A DNA stretch of 64,000 nucleotides, taken from assembly GCA_964016885.1 (NCBI GenBank), contig OZ024760.1, positions 25,110,001 through 25,174,000 on the forward strand, written 5' to 3'. Shown here piece after piece: positions 39,850 to 54,602 of this stretch (positions within the stretch are counted from its first letter, which is position 1; each line of letters starts with the position of its first letter). The DNA comes from Eledone cirrhosa (taxonomy: Eukaryota). The position numbers were made by a program, and so were the translations under genes. Below the pieces are notes generated by a model, which was given only the letters and a program-made list of their open reading frames with translations, did no database searches and was not told the origin of the DNA.

Positions 39850-40150
39850 CGGAGGGTGATCAGGCTGGAGCTATTCCCTGTTTTCATGGCATGATGCAAC
39901 AGAGAGTACTGGTCTTGCTCCTGTTAAGGGTGCTAGTCCATCGCAAGGGTAAAGTCTCTCTTGAAACCGTAAACTCATCAGTTTGTTTCCTGTCCCGTGT
40001 TTTGTGGCATGAATCGACTGAGAGTACATCACTCCCTCTGGACAGGACGCCAGTCCATCACAGGGTTAAGCCCCCAGCTATTGCTGGTACTTATTTTCAG
40101 CTGAGTATACATACTGAAGCAGCGTGAAATGAGGTGTTTTGCTCAAGAGT
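39850..40150 (-). mobile_element. CORE-like SINE 3' part (same family as 61793-62170)
   Basis: GGACAGGACGCCAGTCCATC..GCTGGTACTTATTTT..GTGAAATGAGGTGTTTTGCTCAAG. Confidence 0.75.
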
Positions 40151-40699
40151 ATGTACAGCAGGGCGGCGAATTGCCAGAGTCGTTAGAACATCGGTTAAAG
40201 TTATTTACTGCATTAGTTCTGCCCCTGTACTCTTGGTGTTCAGGCCCCAGTGGTATCAACATATCCTTTGAACCATTCGAGTTATATAAAAAAAAAGGTA
40301 CTGGGGTCCCTTTAACCGCTCTTTCTCACACAAATTTCTAACTGCCATTCCCACGTTCTAAATCCTTCGCTGAAATAAATCTGTGGTATTTAGACACGGA
40401 GAAGAAAATGGACTCTGCCAGGTTTTAAAAAAGCCCAATATGCCAAAGAGTAGAACCGAACCCGGTACCTTTTGATTACCAAGTTGTCTTGCTGGGGAGG
40501 GGTTGGGGTAGAGGTTTTGACCTAAGGAGATGAATATGTCTGTCACCATTAGCTACCTTTTCACACTCTATGTGAACAGCCCACCCTGTCTCAGTTCATG
40601 GCCTTCTATCAGTGAAAAACAAACATGACATCCTTTGTTGTATAAACATAATTATTCAAGTTGTAATTTCTATCACGATTGATTTAGGAAACAATTATA

Positions 40700-42920
40700 A
40701 AGATTAACATCATCACCATCATCATCATCATCATCTTCTTTAAGATCATCATCATCATCACCATACCACAATCATCATCATCATCATCATCATCATGATC
40801 ATCATCATCATCATCATGATCATCGCCATCATCATCATCAACATCGCCACGAATCATCACCACCATCATCATCATCATCTTTTTTAACATCGTCATCATC
40901 ATCATGATCATCAGCTGCAAACAGCATCATTAACAACATCACCATCATCATCACCATCAACAGCAACTACGTCATCATTATCACCATGACTATCAACATC
41001 ATCACCATCAACGCCATTACCACCAACATCATCATTATTATCATCACCATGATCATCATCATCACCATCACCATCACCATCAACACCATGACAATCAACA
41101 TCACCATCAACATCACCATCAACACTATTACAATCAACAACAACATCACCATCACCATCAACACTATAACAATCAACAACATCATCACCATCACCATCAA
41201 CACCATGACAATTAATAACACCATCACCATCACATCAACACGATGACAATCAACAACATCATCACCATCACCATCAACACCATGACAATCAACAACATCA
41301 TCACCATCGCATCAACACGATGACAATCAACAACATCATCACCATCACCATCCAGACCATGACAATCAACAACATCATCACCATCACCATCAACACCATG
41401 ACAATCAACAACACCATCACCATCACCCTCAACACAATGACAATCAACAACATCATCACCATCACCATCACCATCAACACCATGACAATCAACAGCATCA
41501 TCACCATCACCATCAACACTGACAATCAACAACATCATCACCATCACCATCAACATTATGACAATCAACAACATCATCACCATCACCATCAACACCATGA
41601 CAATCAACAGCATCATCACCATCACCATCAAGACCATGACAATCAACAATATCATCACCATCACCATCAACACCATGACAATCAACAGCATCATCACCAT
41701 CACCATCACCATCAACATTATGACAATCAACTACATCATCACCATCACCATCAATACCATGACAATCAACAACATCATCACCATCACCATCAACATTATG
41801 ACAATCAACTACATCATCACCATCACCATCAATACCATGACAATCAACAGCATCATCACCATCACCATCAACACCATGACAATCAACAACATCATCACCA
41901 TCACCATCAACACAATGACAATCAACAACATTAGCACCATCACCATCAACACTATGACAATCAACAACATCATCACCATCACCATCAACACCATGACAAT
42001 CAACAACATCAGCACCATCACCATCAACACAATGACAATCAACAACATCATCACCATCACCATCACCATCAACACCATGACAATCAACAACATCGTCACC
42101 ATCACCATCAACACAATGACAATCAACAACATCATCACCATCACCATCAACACTATGACAATCAACAACATCATCACCATCACCATCACCATCAACACAA
42201 TGACAATCAACAACATCAGCACCATCACCATCAACACTATGACAATCAACAACATCATCACCTTCACCATCAACACTATGACAATCAACAACATCATCAA
42301 CATCACCATCAACACTATGACAATCAACAACATCATCACCATCACCATCACCATCAACATTATGACAATCAACATCATCATCACCATCACCATCACCATC
42401 AACCCTATGGCAATCAACAACATCATCACCATCACCATCAACACCATGACAATCACCAACATCATCACCATCACCATCAACACTATGACAATCAACAACA
42501 TCATCACCATCACCATCACCATCAACATTATGACAATCAACAACATCATCACCATCAACACCATGACAATCAACAACATCATCACCACCATCACCATCAA
42601 GACTATGACAATCAACAACATCAGCACCATCAACGCCATGACAATCAACAACATCATCACCATCACCATCAACACTATGACAATCAACTACATCATCACC
42701 ATCACCATCAACACTATGACAATCAACTACATCATCACCATCACCATCAACACCATGACCATCACCATCAACACCAAGACCATCACCATCACCATCCACA
42801 CCATCACCATCACCATCAACACCATCACCATCACCATCAACACCCTCATCATCACCACTATCACCACCATCACCATCATACACCACCATCACCACCATCA
42901 CCATCATCAACAACAACATC
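40700..42920. repeat. (CAT/CAC)n-derived minisatellite with a 39-bp unit (CATCATCACCATCACCATCAACACCATGACAATCAACAA)
   Basis: 13-codon periodicity in all open frames. Confidence 0.92.
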
Positions 42921-43319
42921 CATACGAAGCAGAAGAAGAAGATTGTTAGATGTCACACGAAGACACAGTTTATTCTTTTGCTTCGTTTCTAAAACATACT
43001 TTCCTCCCTTTTTACAACACCACTTCCGGTTGAACCGACAATTATTATGGACACAGAAGAAACCGTACGATATATTTGCAATTAAAATACAATTATAATT
43101 CTCGTATAAATGCTATTGTATTATAGGCATATCTCTATCTTCTTTTGGCAATAGTAAAATGATATTAGATATATTTAATATCTAATATCTGCTGAGTGAG
43201 ATATCAAAGAGATGGCAGAGATGAGATATGTCAGTAAATGGATTTCAATAGGGAAACTTTCAAACTAATATGAATCGCTGATGTAATGATATCTAAATGA
43301 TGTTATGTGAATGGTTGTT

Positions 43320-44525
43320 ATGGGGGTATGGTGGTGTGGTGGTGTGGTGGTGTGGTGATATGGTGGTGTGGTGATATGGTGGGGTGGTGGTGTGGTGGTA
43401 ATGTGGTAATGTGGTGTGGGGGTGTGAGGGTGTGGGAGTGTGGTGATATGGTGGTGTAGTGGGTTGGTGTTGTGGTGGTAATGTGGTGTGGTGGTGTTGT
43501 GGTGTGGTGGTAATGTGGTAATGTGGTGTGGGGGTGTGGGGGTGTGGGGGTGTGGGGGTGTGGTGATATAGTGGTGTAGTGGGTTGGTGGTGTGGTGGTA
43601 ATGTGGTGTGGTGGTGTTGTGGTGTGGTGTTGTGGTGGTGTTGTGGTGTGGTGGTGTGGTGGTGTGGTGGTCTGGTGGTGTAGTGGGGTGTTGGTGTGGT
43701 GGTAATGTGGTGTGGTGGTGTAGTTGGGTGGTGGTGTGGTGGTGTGGTGGTGTGTCGTGGTGTAGTGGTGTAGTGGTGTGGTGGTAATGTGGTGTGGTGG
43801 TGTGGTGGTGTGGTGATATGGTGATATGGTGGTGTGGTGGTATGATGGTGTGGTGGTGTGATGGTGTGGTGGTGTGGTGGTGTGGTGGTGTGGTGGTGTG
43901 GTCGCGTTGTGGTGGTATGGTGGTGTGGTAGTGTGGTGGTGTGGTCGTGTTGTGGTGTGGTGGTATGGTGGTGTGGTGGTATGGTGGTGTGTTGGTGTGG
44001 TCGTGTTGTGGTGTGATGGTATGGTGGTGTGGTGGTATGGTGGTGTGGAGGTGTGGTGGTGTGGTGATGTGGTGGTGTGTTGATATGGTGGTGTGGTGGT
44101 AATGTGGTGTGGTGGTGTGGTGATATGGTGGTATGGTGGTGTGGTGGTGTGGTGGTATGGTGGTGTGGTGGTGTGATGGTGTGCTGGTGTGATGTTGTGC
44201 TGGTGTGCTGGTGTGGTGATATAGTGGTATGGTGGTATGGTGGTGTGGTGGTGGTGGTATGGTGGTGTGGTGGTGTGTTGGCATGGTGGTGTGGTGGTAT
44301 GGTTTGTGTGGTGGTATGGTGGTATGGTGGTTTGGTGGTGTGTTGGCATGGTGATATGGTGGTATGGTAGTGTTGTGGTGTGGTGATGTGGTGGGGTGGT
44401 GGTATGATGGTGTAATTGTGTTGTAGAAAGGGGATATGGTGGCGTGGTGGTGTGGTGGTATAGTGCTGTGGTGGTGTGGTGATATGGTGGCGTTGTGGTG
44501 GTGTGGTTGTATAGTGGTATGATGG
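43320..44525. repeat. (GTGGTGGT)-type 8-bp/GT-rich low-complexity repeat
   Basis: Direct reading. Confidence 0.92.
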
Positions 44526-45184
44526 AATATTGAGAGAGAGAGAGAGGGAGACCATGATCACTAATGATACACACACACACTCACACACACACGTATATAT
44601 ATATATTTATATATATATATATATATATATAATCATACACAAACTCACAGACACACACACATATATATATATATATGTATACACACAAACACACAACCAC
44701 ATTCAATCAAATATATATATATAACGAAGAAAATGTGGTAAGGAACCAGGTGGACCATAACGCACCAAAGTACTCAATACTTTGGGTAGTAGAGTGGGTA
44801 ATAGGAACGAGTAGGACCCCCACGGCTGAGCTCAAGCCGTTTCGACGGCTAATTCTGGACTAAAAAAAATATATATATATATACATGTGTGCATGTGTTT
44901 GCGTGTGTGTGTGTGCACTTGTATGAATATGTATGCATACATATGTATGCAATTCATTCGTAATAAATCTAAAGGCAGACTTACCATTATTACCAAATGT
45001 ACATATACCTGCTACTAAAAGTGTAGGGAAAGTTCCACGTTGAACGCCAGTGAGATTCATTAAATCAACACAACAAGTCGTAATATTGAATTTAATAATT
45101 ATAACAACAGGGTAGCTCTTACTGGACCTCCTTTATATTTCAACCAGACTGTTTAACAGGAAACTATATTTATAAAACCATATT

Positions 45185-45250
45185 TATTTCATTATACATA
45201 TTTCAAGGGCCACCAAAGCAAACTATTGTGCGCTTTCATCAGATAAAATA
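45185..45250 (-). ncRNA. Type I hammerhead ribozyme (family of 18694-18751)
   Basis: TATTTTAT-CTGATGA-..-GAAA-TATGT-ATA^ATGAAATA; flank ATAAAACCATATTTATTT is shared with 18680. Confidence 0.65.
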
Positions 45251-45417
45251 TAATATAGGTTAGTTTTATAAATAAATATTGACATACCCTGAAAAATGGA
45301 ACAATTCTGGTTGGAATCTCCTGGATATCTCGTCAAATCGGACCGAGGAAACAATGTTTCCAATGGTCTTTCTAATTGCTAATACGCTCTATCGGTCGCA
45401 ACTGCAGGTATAAGGAG

Positions 45418-45461
<44 letters not shown>

Positions 45462-45466
<5 letters not shown>

Positions 45467-46010
45467 TACTTGGGGAGGGTCATATTTGTGTAATATTGCC
45501 AGAATTAATAACAGAACACACTCACTGTTTGGTTGGTTTTCGCTTCTCGCTGTCTTTTATATCTGTAATCTAACTTACTCGGTCCTCAATGTTGCCATTG
45601 ACTGACCGACGGTCAAACATAATACAGATACAATATAGACACAAACACATATATATAGTTTACATAAATCTTTCGTTGCACATCTGCAACATCGTCAGTG
45701 GTGTTATATTTTCCTCCTGTTGTGTTGTATGTCTACGCCATTTTTTATTCAGTCTGTCTATATATTTATTTATTTATTTGCTTGTTTGTTTATTTTATTT
45801 TATCTTCTTTGCGCATGCGTTTGCGTGTGTGTATAGTGTTATGTTTGCTGTGTGATGGGTGACTAGTGTGTGTTTATGTGCTTGTTGTTATTGTGCTTGT
45901 GTATGTATTTATTTATCTTATTTTATTTACTTATTTATACTTCTCTTAGGTCAGTGTTGTTTGTTTGGTTGTTGTTGTTATTCTGTTTGGGTGTTGTTGT
46001 TATTCCACTC

Positions 46011-46012
<2 letters not shown>
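45462..46012 (-). mobile_element. PLE second-family pLTR copy in (TA)n (hammerhead-like core at 45671-45700)
   Basis: Reverse complement of 16880-17452. Confidence 0.85.
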
Positions 46013-46071
<59 letters not shown>

Positions 46072-47100
46072 GAATAAAATTAGTCCTTCATCAGTGATCT
46101 TCCAACCATCATTGGTATGTCATCGCTTTAAAGACCATATACCTCCGGTTGGTGCGAACAACGGCTAAAAAAAGTCGTTGCGACACGTAAATAAAGGGGA
46201 CACGAGAGTGTAAACAAACAAAGATGGTGAAGCAACGAAAAGTGAGGAAGAAGGAGTCAAGACCCAAATTTCCATGAATATAAGTTCGGTGAAATCGTGA
46301 ACGAGAGAGAGTAAAGACCATCAAACCTGGTTGGAATGTGAGCAAGGAAGGAATTCCGTACAAGTCTAACGGGAGGAAGAAGGATCGAGTCTGTGAATTC
46401 GGTGAACGTAAGTTCTGTGAAATCGTAGACGAGAGAGAGAAAAAAAGCGACCTGCCTGAACAAGGGTGCGAAAGAAAAGAATTACGCACAGGTCAAACGG
46501 GAAGAAGGAGGAGGAGGAGGAGAGGTAGTAACAGAGAGTGAGTGAGTGAAGTGTGAGGAAGAGGCTAACAGAGAGAGTGACTGTTAGAGAGGGTAAAGAT
46601 ACAGAGAAAGAGGAAGCAGTAAGAACGAAATAGACGGGTTACAGCGGGGGAAAAAATATGTGTAAATATGAGAATAAACGTGCTGCGTGGTTGCTAATGG
46701 GTTACATTCGACTGCATATATCATGCAACAATGCATCATCGGCTTATGCGTCTTCATCAGCGGGTAGCGCCTAATCAATAACCAATCGATCGACAAAATC
46801 CAAACACCAGCCCATGCGGGTCATGACTGTTTGTGACGGCCGACACAGTAAAGCGATTAGCAATATATATATATATATACCGCTGATGAAGCCGCATAAG
46901 GTAATTGTGCATTGTTGCGTAATGTATGCAGACGGATGGTGCAGTGTACCTTACTTTTCAGTAAGCCCTGAAGATGTGTCCCGAGTGAAACAGTTCTAGT
47001 CCTGTAGAAGCCATTTCTATATATTAAATATTTATACTCTGCTTCGTATTGAGTACCTTACTTACTGTGGTTACCCCCGATTGAACCCGGGATAAACTTA
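46072..47100. mobile_element. Cluster of probable PLE pLTR remnants in (TA)n, with degenerate hammerhead cores and a partial inverted pair
   Basis: CTGATGA cores at about 46087 (-), 46754 (-) and 46883 (+); CTGAAGA..GAAA at 46968. 46710-46765 is inverted relative to 46879-46932. The 3' end resembles 62192-62240. Confidence 0.5.
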
Positions 47101-47277
47101 TATATATATATATATATATATGATAATAATAATATTACGCAACCAGCACTATGTAGACTTGTATTGTATTGAAACATATGTTAGAGAATGAACTTTTGAT
47201 AAATTCTTCATTGTTCTGTACTTCACGCCTATTATTTGTTTTCCCATTACATTTAGAAATATATATACATATGTGTA

Positions 47278-47316
<39 letters not shown>

Positions 47317-47321
47317 ATATC

Positions 47322-47388
<67 letters not shown>

Positions 47389-47454
47389 AAAAGATAAACA
47401 TATGGAATGGAAAAAGTGGTTTATGAGGTCTGAACTACCTGTTTGTGAATATAC

Positions 47455-47535
47455 CGCATATCCTCGAATATAAGTCGAGGAATATGTAACCAAATGATTG
47501 ACGGTAGAAGGAGGGTCGGCTTATATTCGGGATAC
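47455..47535 (+). mobile_element. Terminal region of a Tc1/mariner-superfamily (Tc2/pogo-like) DNA transposon
   Basis: TA+CCGCATATCCTCGAATATAAGTCGA with the internal inverted copy TCGGCTTATATTCGGGATA. Confidence 0.5.
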
Positions 47536-48161
47536 AATCTTTTGTCGCTTTTCACCAATATCAATCCCAATTAGTTGATATTTTTTCGATCGTCCAAACC
47601 CATCGCTATCAGTCATATTTCAGTTCTCATTATCACATTACATTAACCGGAACGTTCAATCATTTATACAAAGAATCGAGACAGGCTGTTGACATGATGT
47701 ACGAGAGAATACACAACACACTAAGTCTACAACAGACACAACTACCTATATCCAACTAACGAGAGAGACATGTCTGCCTTGAAATGTATAGTTAAATGGT
47801 CGCCATAAAGAAGTATATAACAATGGGTTTTCACTCGTCCCAGTATTTCTTTGTGGTGAAATTTACTTATCATTCAGTGGAATTTATCGGTGTAGTATCT
47901 TTTATTTCTTAACAGTGTTAATTCTGCCACTGTACGACAACAAAGCATTATATGAAGGCGAAAATTGATGTAGTGTCAAATGTAATTTGTCCGCAAGCTG
48001 TAGGTTATCCAGTTGAAAAGAATTCTAATTTTTATATCCTACTGCATAGTGTAGTAAAGATAAAGCAAATGGGAAACTTACTGAAGAGGAAAGTGGATTG
48101 CAATTCTTATTGTTGATGTTGTAGTTGTTGTTGCAGTTATCATTAACATTATTATTATTAA

Positions 48162-48195
<34 letters not shown>

Positions 48196-48234
48196 GTCAC
48201 CATCACCCCCATTGAGAGTAGTTTCTGGTCATTG

Positions 48235-49970
<1,736 letters not shown>

Positions 49971-50210
49971 CGTTGAAATCAGCGGAAGGTATTGATGAAA
50001 TGGATTAACTGACACGTGTATAAATCATTATGTTGTTATTAACTAACTCACTGTCTGATTGGTTGATATCTGTGAAGAAAGAAATTGATTAGCGAATCAA
50101 CGAAGCGGATAATCAACAAATATGTCTGAGTAAATGCTTCGTTTCATCGTACATCTGCCTGTCTAGCTATCTATCCATCTGTCTATCTCTCTCTCTCTGT
50201 CTAAGTAGTG

Positions 50211-50256
<46 letters not shown>

Positions 50257-51800
50257 CCAGCAACTCGGCACGTGGAGGGGCAGACCGATGCCCTCCGATG
50301 GCGTCGTCGGACGCTGGACGGAGGGCCCGGTGAAGTTGCTCGGGGTCTTGTTCGGACCGGACCTCCAGGTGGAGAAAAACTGGGCGGAGGTTACGAACAG
50401 GGTGTTTGCACTGACCCAGAAGTGGGCCCAGTTGCAAACTATCCCTGAAAGGTCGGGCGGAGGTGGCGAACACCTACATAGCGTCCGTCATCTACTACCG
50501 CCTGACCGTAGTGCCCTGCCCAAGGGAAACCCTCACCAAGATGGAGCGCGCGCTCTTCCAATTCCTTTGGAAGAGGCGGGCTCCTATGGTGAGGAGATCC
50601 ATCTGCTGTCAACACCCTTCGAAAGGAGGGCTGGGGATGCCGTGGCTAATGATGCGTAAACACGCATTAAGGCTACGGCACCTCTACGTATTCCTCACCG
50701 GACAACCGGTGTGGGCCTCGTTTGTGAGACGAACCTTTCCCAGACTCGTCTCACTCACCGAGCTGCAATCCTGGGTCAAGCAAAGACCGAGAAAACTGGG
50801 CGCCTGGCACACTGAGTGTGCCCAGGCGCTCACCGCCCTCTGGCAGGCGGATCCGGTTATCAGTGGAGACTCCACCGCAACATTCTATAGAAGGCTGGTA
50901 CGCAGCAGGTGCGACGACGTCCTCGGAGAAGCCCTAGACATGGAGGAGGACGAACTGGCCAGCCTGTTCGGTAGGACATTCAGCCCGGGACCTATGGACA
51001 ACTTCCAGAAGTCCCTGGCCTGGCAGTGCTACCGAGGGGCTTTACCCGTTCGAGAAAGGCTCTACAGACACGGGCGCCCGGGTAGCGACCCCGCCAAAAA
51101 GATCTGTCCCAGATGCGTGTGCGACGAGGAAACCGTTGCACACGCATTGGTACACTGCTCGGGCGTAGCCGATCTGTGGGGCTATGTCGAACAACTGCTG
51201 TCAAGGGCGGGACCGATCCGGTTAACCACCGAGTCTATTGTAATGATCAAGCCGCCTCCCCCCTTCAAAGATGAAGCAGAGGCGGTGTTTCTGTGCGTAA
51301 TAGCCATGGCGAAAGAGGCTGTATGGTGGACGCGTCTGAAAGGTCTGAGGTCAGGCACCTTTCTCTCTGGCCAACAACTGGTCCGTTTCTTCCGATATCA
51401 TTTCGGAAGAAGGATCAGGATGGAGAGAGAGGTGCTGCACCCCAGCCGTTTCTATGAAAGATGGGTGAAAGTGGCGAGAATGGCCCGTGTGAATGGGCCT
51501 TCACTCTACATCAGACTATAGGTGAGGAAGATGAAAGACCAAGGGAGCACCCCTTCTCTGTGCTCCTGAGGAGAAGGGTTGCACACTTTTTTCGGGGGTG
51601 TGTGCGACCCCCCAAGGCGCCTCCTCTCTATTGAGGATTTTGTTATAAATTTTATTTTTTGTTATATCTTATTTTATTTTTATATTTTGTTATTGCCTCC
51701 TCCTTATTGAGGACGCCTTTTTGTGTAAACTCCCCCCTTTGTACTTGTCCCACTTTTGATGCCCTAGTGGCAAATAAAAGAAACATATCTATCTATCTAT
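50257..51800 (+). mobile_element. Young 5'-truncated Tx1-like LINE copy in (CTAT)n
   Basis: Nearly identical to 56781-58303; one extra base near 50428 frameshifts ORF2. Confidence 0.95.
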
Positions 51801-52170
51801 CCCAGCCGTTTTTATGAAAGATGGGTGAAAGTCGCGAGAATGGCCCGTGTGAATGGGCTTTCACTCTACATCAGACTATAGGTAAGGAAGATGAAAGACC
51901 CAGGGAGCACCCCTTCTCTGTGCTCCTGAGAAAAAGGGTTGCACACTTTTTTTCGGGGGTGTGTGCGACCCCCCAAGGCGCCTCCTCTCTATTGAGGACT
52001 TTGTTATAGATTTTATTTTTTGTTATATTTTATTTTATTTTTATATATTGTTATTGCCTCCTCCTTATTGAGGACGCCTTGTTTTGTAAACTCCCCCCCA
52101 TTGTACTTGTCCCGCTTTTGATGCCCTGGTGGCAAATAAAAGAAACATATCTATCTATCTATCTATCTAT
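51801..52170 (+). mobile_element. Tx1-like 3' fragment (about 345 bp) plus (CTAT)n tail
   Basis: Matches 57960-58303. Confidence 0.93.
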
Positions 52171-52171
52171 C

Positions 52172-52551
52172 TGATTCTTTTTTTCAAATACACTTTGGAA
52201 GAAGAATCAGGATGGAGAGAGATGGGCTGTACCCCAGCAACTTTTATGAAAGGTGGGTGAAAGTGGCGACAATGGCCCGAGTGAATGGGCCTTCTCTCTA
52301 TATCAGCTTCTAGGTTGAGGAAAAGGAGGAAGAGAGGAAAGGGGTACTCACTCTTCATACTCCTGGAGATGAGGGTTGCATATTTTTTCGGGGGTATGTG
52401 TTACCCATATGAAATGTTTCCCCCTATTGGGGAAAATCGACTAATTTTTTAAATTGCATTTGTGATAACATTTTACACGTTTTTATTGTATGTAAACTTC
52501 CCCCTTTGTATTTTTCCCCTTATGATGTGCTCTGTGGCTAATAAAGAAACA

Positions 52552-52584
<33 letters not shown>
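52172..52584 (+). mobile_element. Tx1-like 3' fragment of a second subfamily plus (CTAT)n tail
   Basis: The 3'UTR (CTCACTCTTC..GGAGATGAGGGTTG..CCCCTATTGGGG) matches the 11401-11640 copy. Confidence 0.88.
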
Positions 52585-52799
52585 CTGGGATGGACACACG
52601 CGTATAACTTGCTGAGTAAGTTCTGTTTAAATTTCTATAGAAATTCTTGTCTGATAACTTTAATTTTTGTACCATTTTGTAGAGGGACTGCCAGGTCAAA
52701 CTTTGATCTGGTCAGTCTCTCAAAATATTCTACGCCTTTAGGCGAAATAGTTAAACAAAAAAAAAGTTTTTTCTTGTTGAAAAGTCAATATTTTTTTAA

Positions 52800-54578
52800 A
52801 TGGCCGAAGCTTCTTCACCAAAATTCGAAGGAGGAAAGGGGAAGATGAACTTACAGCTTCCCCCTGCCACTGTCACAGTAGCAGAGGTCAAGAAGAAAGG
52901 TCAGCCAGAGGAAGAATTCTCTCCACCTGTTAACCGACAACTTGACGTTGCCATGGTAACAACTCAAAGAACCAGCGGCAACAGCAACAACAACAATGCG
53001 ACGGACGAAAACAACACCAATAACAATAACAACAACAAGACCAATAACGGTGACAACAACAACAATGATAACAACAACACCACCAACGACAACAACAACA
53101 CAAACAAACAAAATTTCTCCTTCGCCGAGACGACAAGGAAAACCCTCGACTATCTGCCAGTAGATATAACAAAAGCGAAGGAGTTACTGGCGGATGCGAA
53201 AAAATATATAGTGTACGGGGAAAATGGTTCATTCACAATCCATTCCCCCCCGGAACTAAAAAGCCAGAGACTCCTAAACACGGTCATGTTTAGGACAATC
53301 TCGAACAAAAGTAAAAAACCAGCTCAACCATCACAGAGCGAGATAGAGCTGGTTTTAAAAGACGTCATGAAGGACATCACCTTCATTCAGAAGGATAGAC
53401 TCTACGGGAGTCTATCCATTCTCATGAAGGACAGGGACACAGCAGTGAAACTGTCCATCAAACCAATCACATCCACCGCATACACCTTCTACCCTACGTA
53501 CATGGGTAGAAGAACACAAAAAATAAAAATCCACACCATCCTGCCGATTATGGACATATGGTGGGTTTTGACAGGTTTTCTGGACCTGGAGGATGACATG
53601 CTGGTGTCCATGGGAAAGGCATCGGGTGACGCGTTCAGTGGAACGAGCCTCGAACTTGTAGTTCAAATGAGGCCCGAAAGGATCGCCCAGATCCCTGAAC
53701 GCGTCATACTGGATGATCTAACCTTCATCAACATTACCGTTGAGGGTAGACGGCCCTCGTGTTACCTCTGCGGAACCAGAGGTCACCTGAGGGCTGTCTG
53801 TCCCCAACTTAATAAGAAAACCCCAATCCTGCCTACACCACCAACAGCTGCACAACCAACACAATCACCACAACTACCACTACAAAAACAACCACCACAG
53901 CTCAAACCAAAACAAAACAATGTCCAACCCATCCCCTCCACTCAAAAAACAAAAACAATTTCCAAAACACCCGTACCGCAAACACAACCCGAAAATATAC
54001 CCCTCCCCTCCAACGCGGAAGATGACCCTAGTTCGTCGTCAGACGAGGAGGAGCACTTCCACACAATCAAAAGAAAAAAAAGAAAACACACCTCAGACAC
54101 ACAAATGAAAAAAAACCCTCCCCAAAACATAACACTGACACCAACACAAAAGAGCTCACAACAGCAAACAAAAAACACCACACAAAAACAAAAACATGCA
54201 TACACATACATAAATACAAGAAACAAAAAACTGTTAAACATTGTGTACAACAACAATCTAATAAAAACACAAGGGCCTAACTTCACCCAGGCAGGGGATT
54301 TCCCCCACCTCAAAATGATTAAGGCCCCACAGGACACCTATAAAACTTTAAAAAACAATTTTAAAGAGGACGTGGGTCCCCCCTGCGTCGGGCCCATTAA
54401 CCGCGTCCTCCTAAAAAACTATCCCACCCCCTCCCCAAACACCCACACAACTCCAAGCTCCCCAACCACACAACACACTGATGCCCCCACACTTCCACAA
54501 ACCACCACCCCACCCAACAACCCATCCCCCACCCTAATGGAAATTGTGCAGCCCGATACCCGGGACGCAGAGAGGTAA
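52800..54578 (+). CDS. LINE ORF1p (gag-like RNA-binding protein) with a CCHC zinc knuckle
   Basis: 592-aa ORF from ATG 52800; CYLCGTRGHLRAVC (CX2CX4HX4C), basic KRKKRK, Asn-rich N-terminus, Pro/Thr/Gln-rich C-terminus. Confidence 0.9.
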   Translation: MAEASSPKFEGGKGKMNLQLPPATVTVAEVKKKGQPEEEFSPPVNRQLDVAMVTTQRTSGNSNNNNATDENNTNNNNNNKTNNGDNNNNDNNNTTNDNNNTNKQNFSFAETTRKTLDYLPVDITKAKELLADAKKYIVYGENGSFTIHSPPELKSQRLLNTVMFRTISNKSKKPAQPSQSEIELVLKDVMKDITFIQKDRLYGSLSILMKDRDTAVKLSIKPITSTAYTFYPTYMGRRTQKIKIHTILPIMDIWWVLTGFLDLEDDMLVSMGKASGDAFSGTSLELVVQMRPERIAQIPERVILDDLTFINITVEGRRPSCYLCGTRGHLRAVCPQLNKKTPILPTPPTAAQPTQSPQLPLQKQPPQLKPKQNNVQPIPSTQKTKTISKTPVPQTQPENIPLPSNAEDDPSSSSDEEEHFHTIKRKKRKHTSDTQMKKNPPQNITLTPTQKSSQQQTKNTTQKQKHAYTYINTRNKKLLNIVYNNNLIKTQGPNFTQAGDFPHLKMIKAPQDTYKTLKNNFKEDVGPPCVGPINRVLLKNYPTPSPNTHTTPSSPTTQHTDAPTLPQTTTPPNNPSPTLMEIVQPDTRDAER

Positions 54579-54602
54579 GTGCCTTTTCTCTTCACCACCA
54601 AC

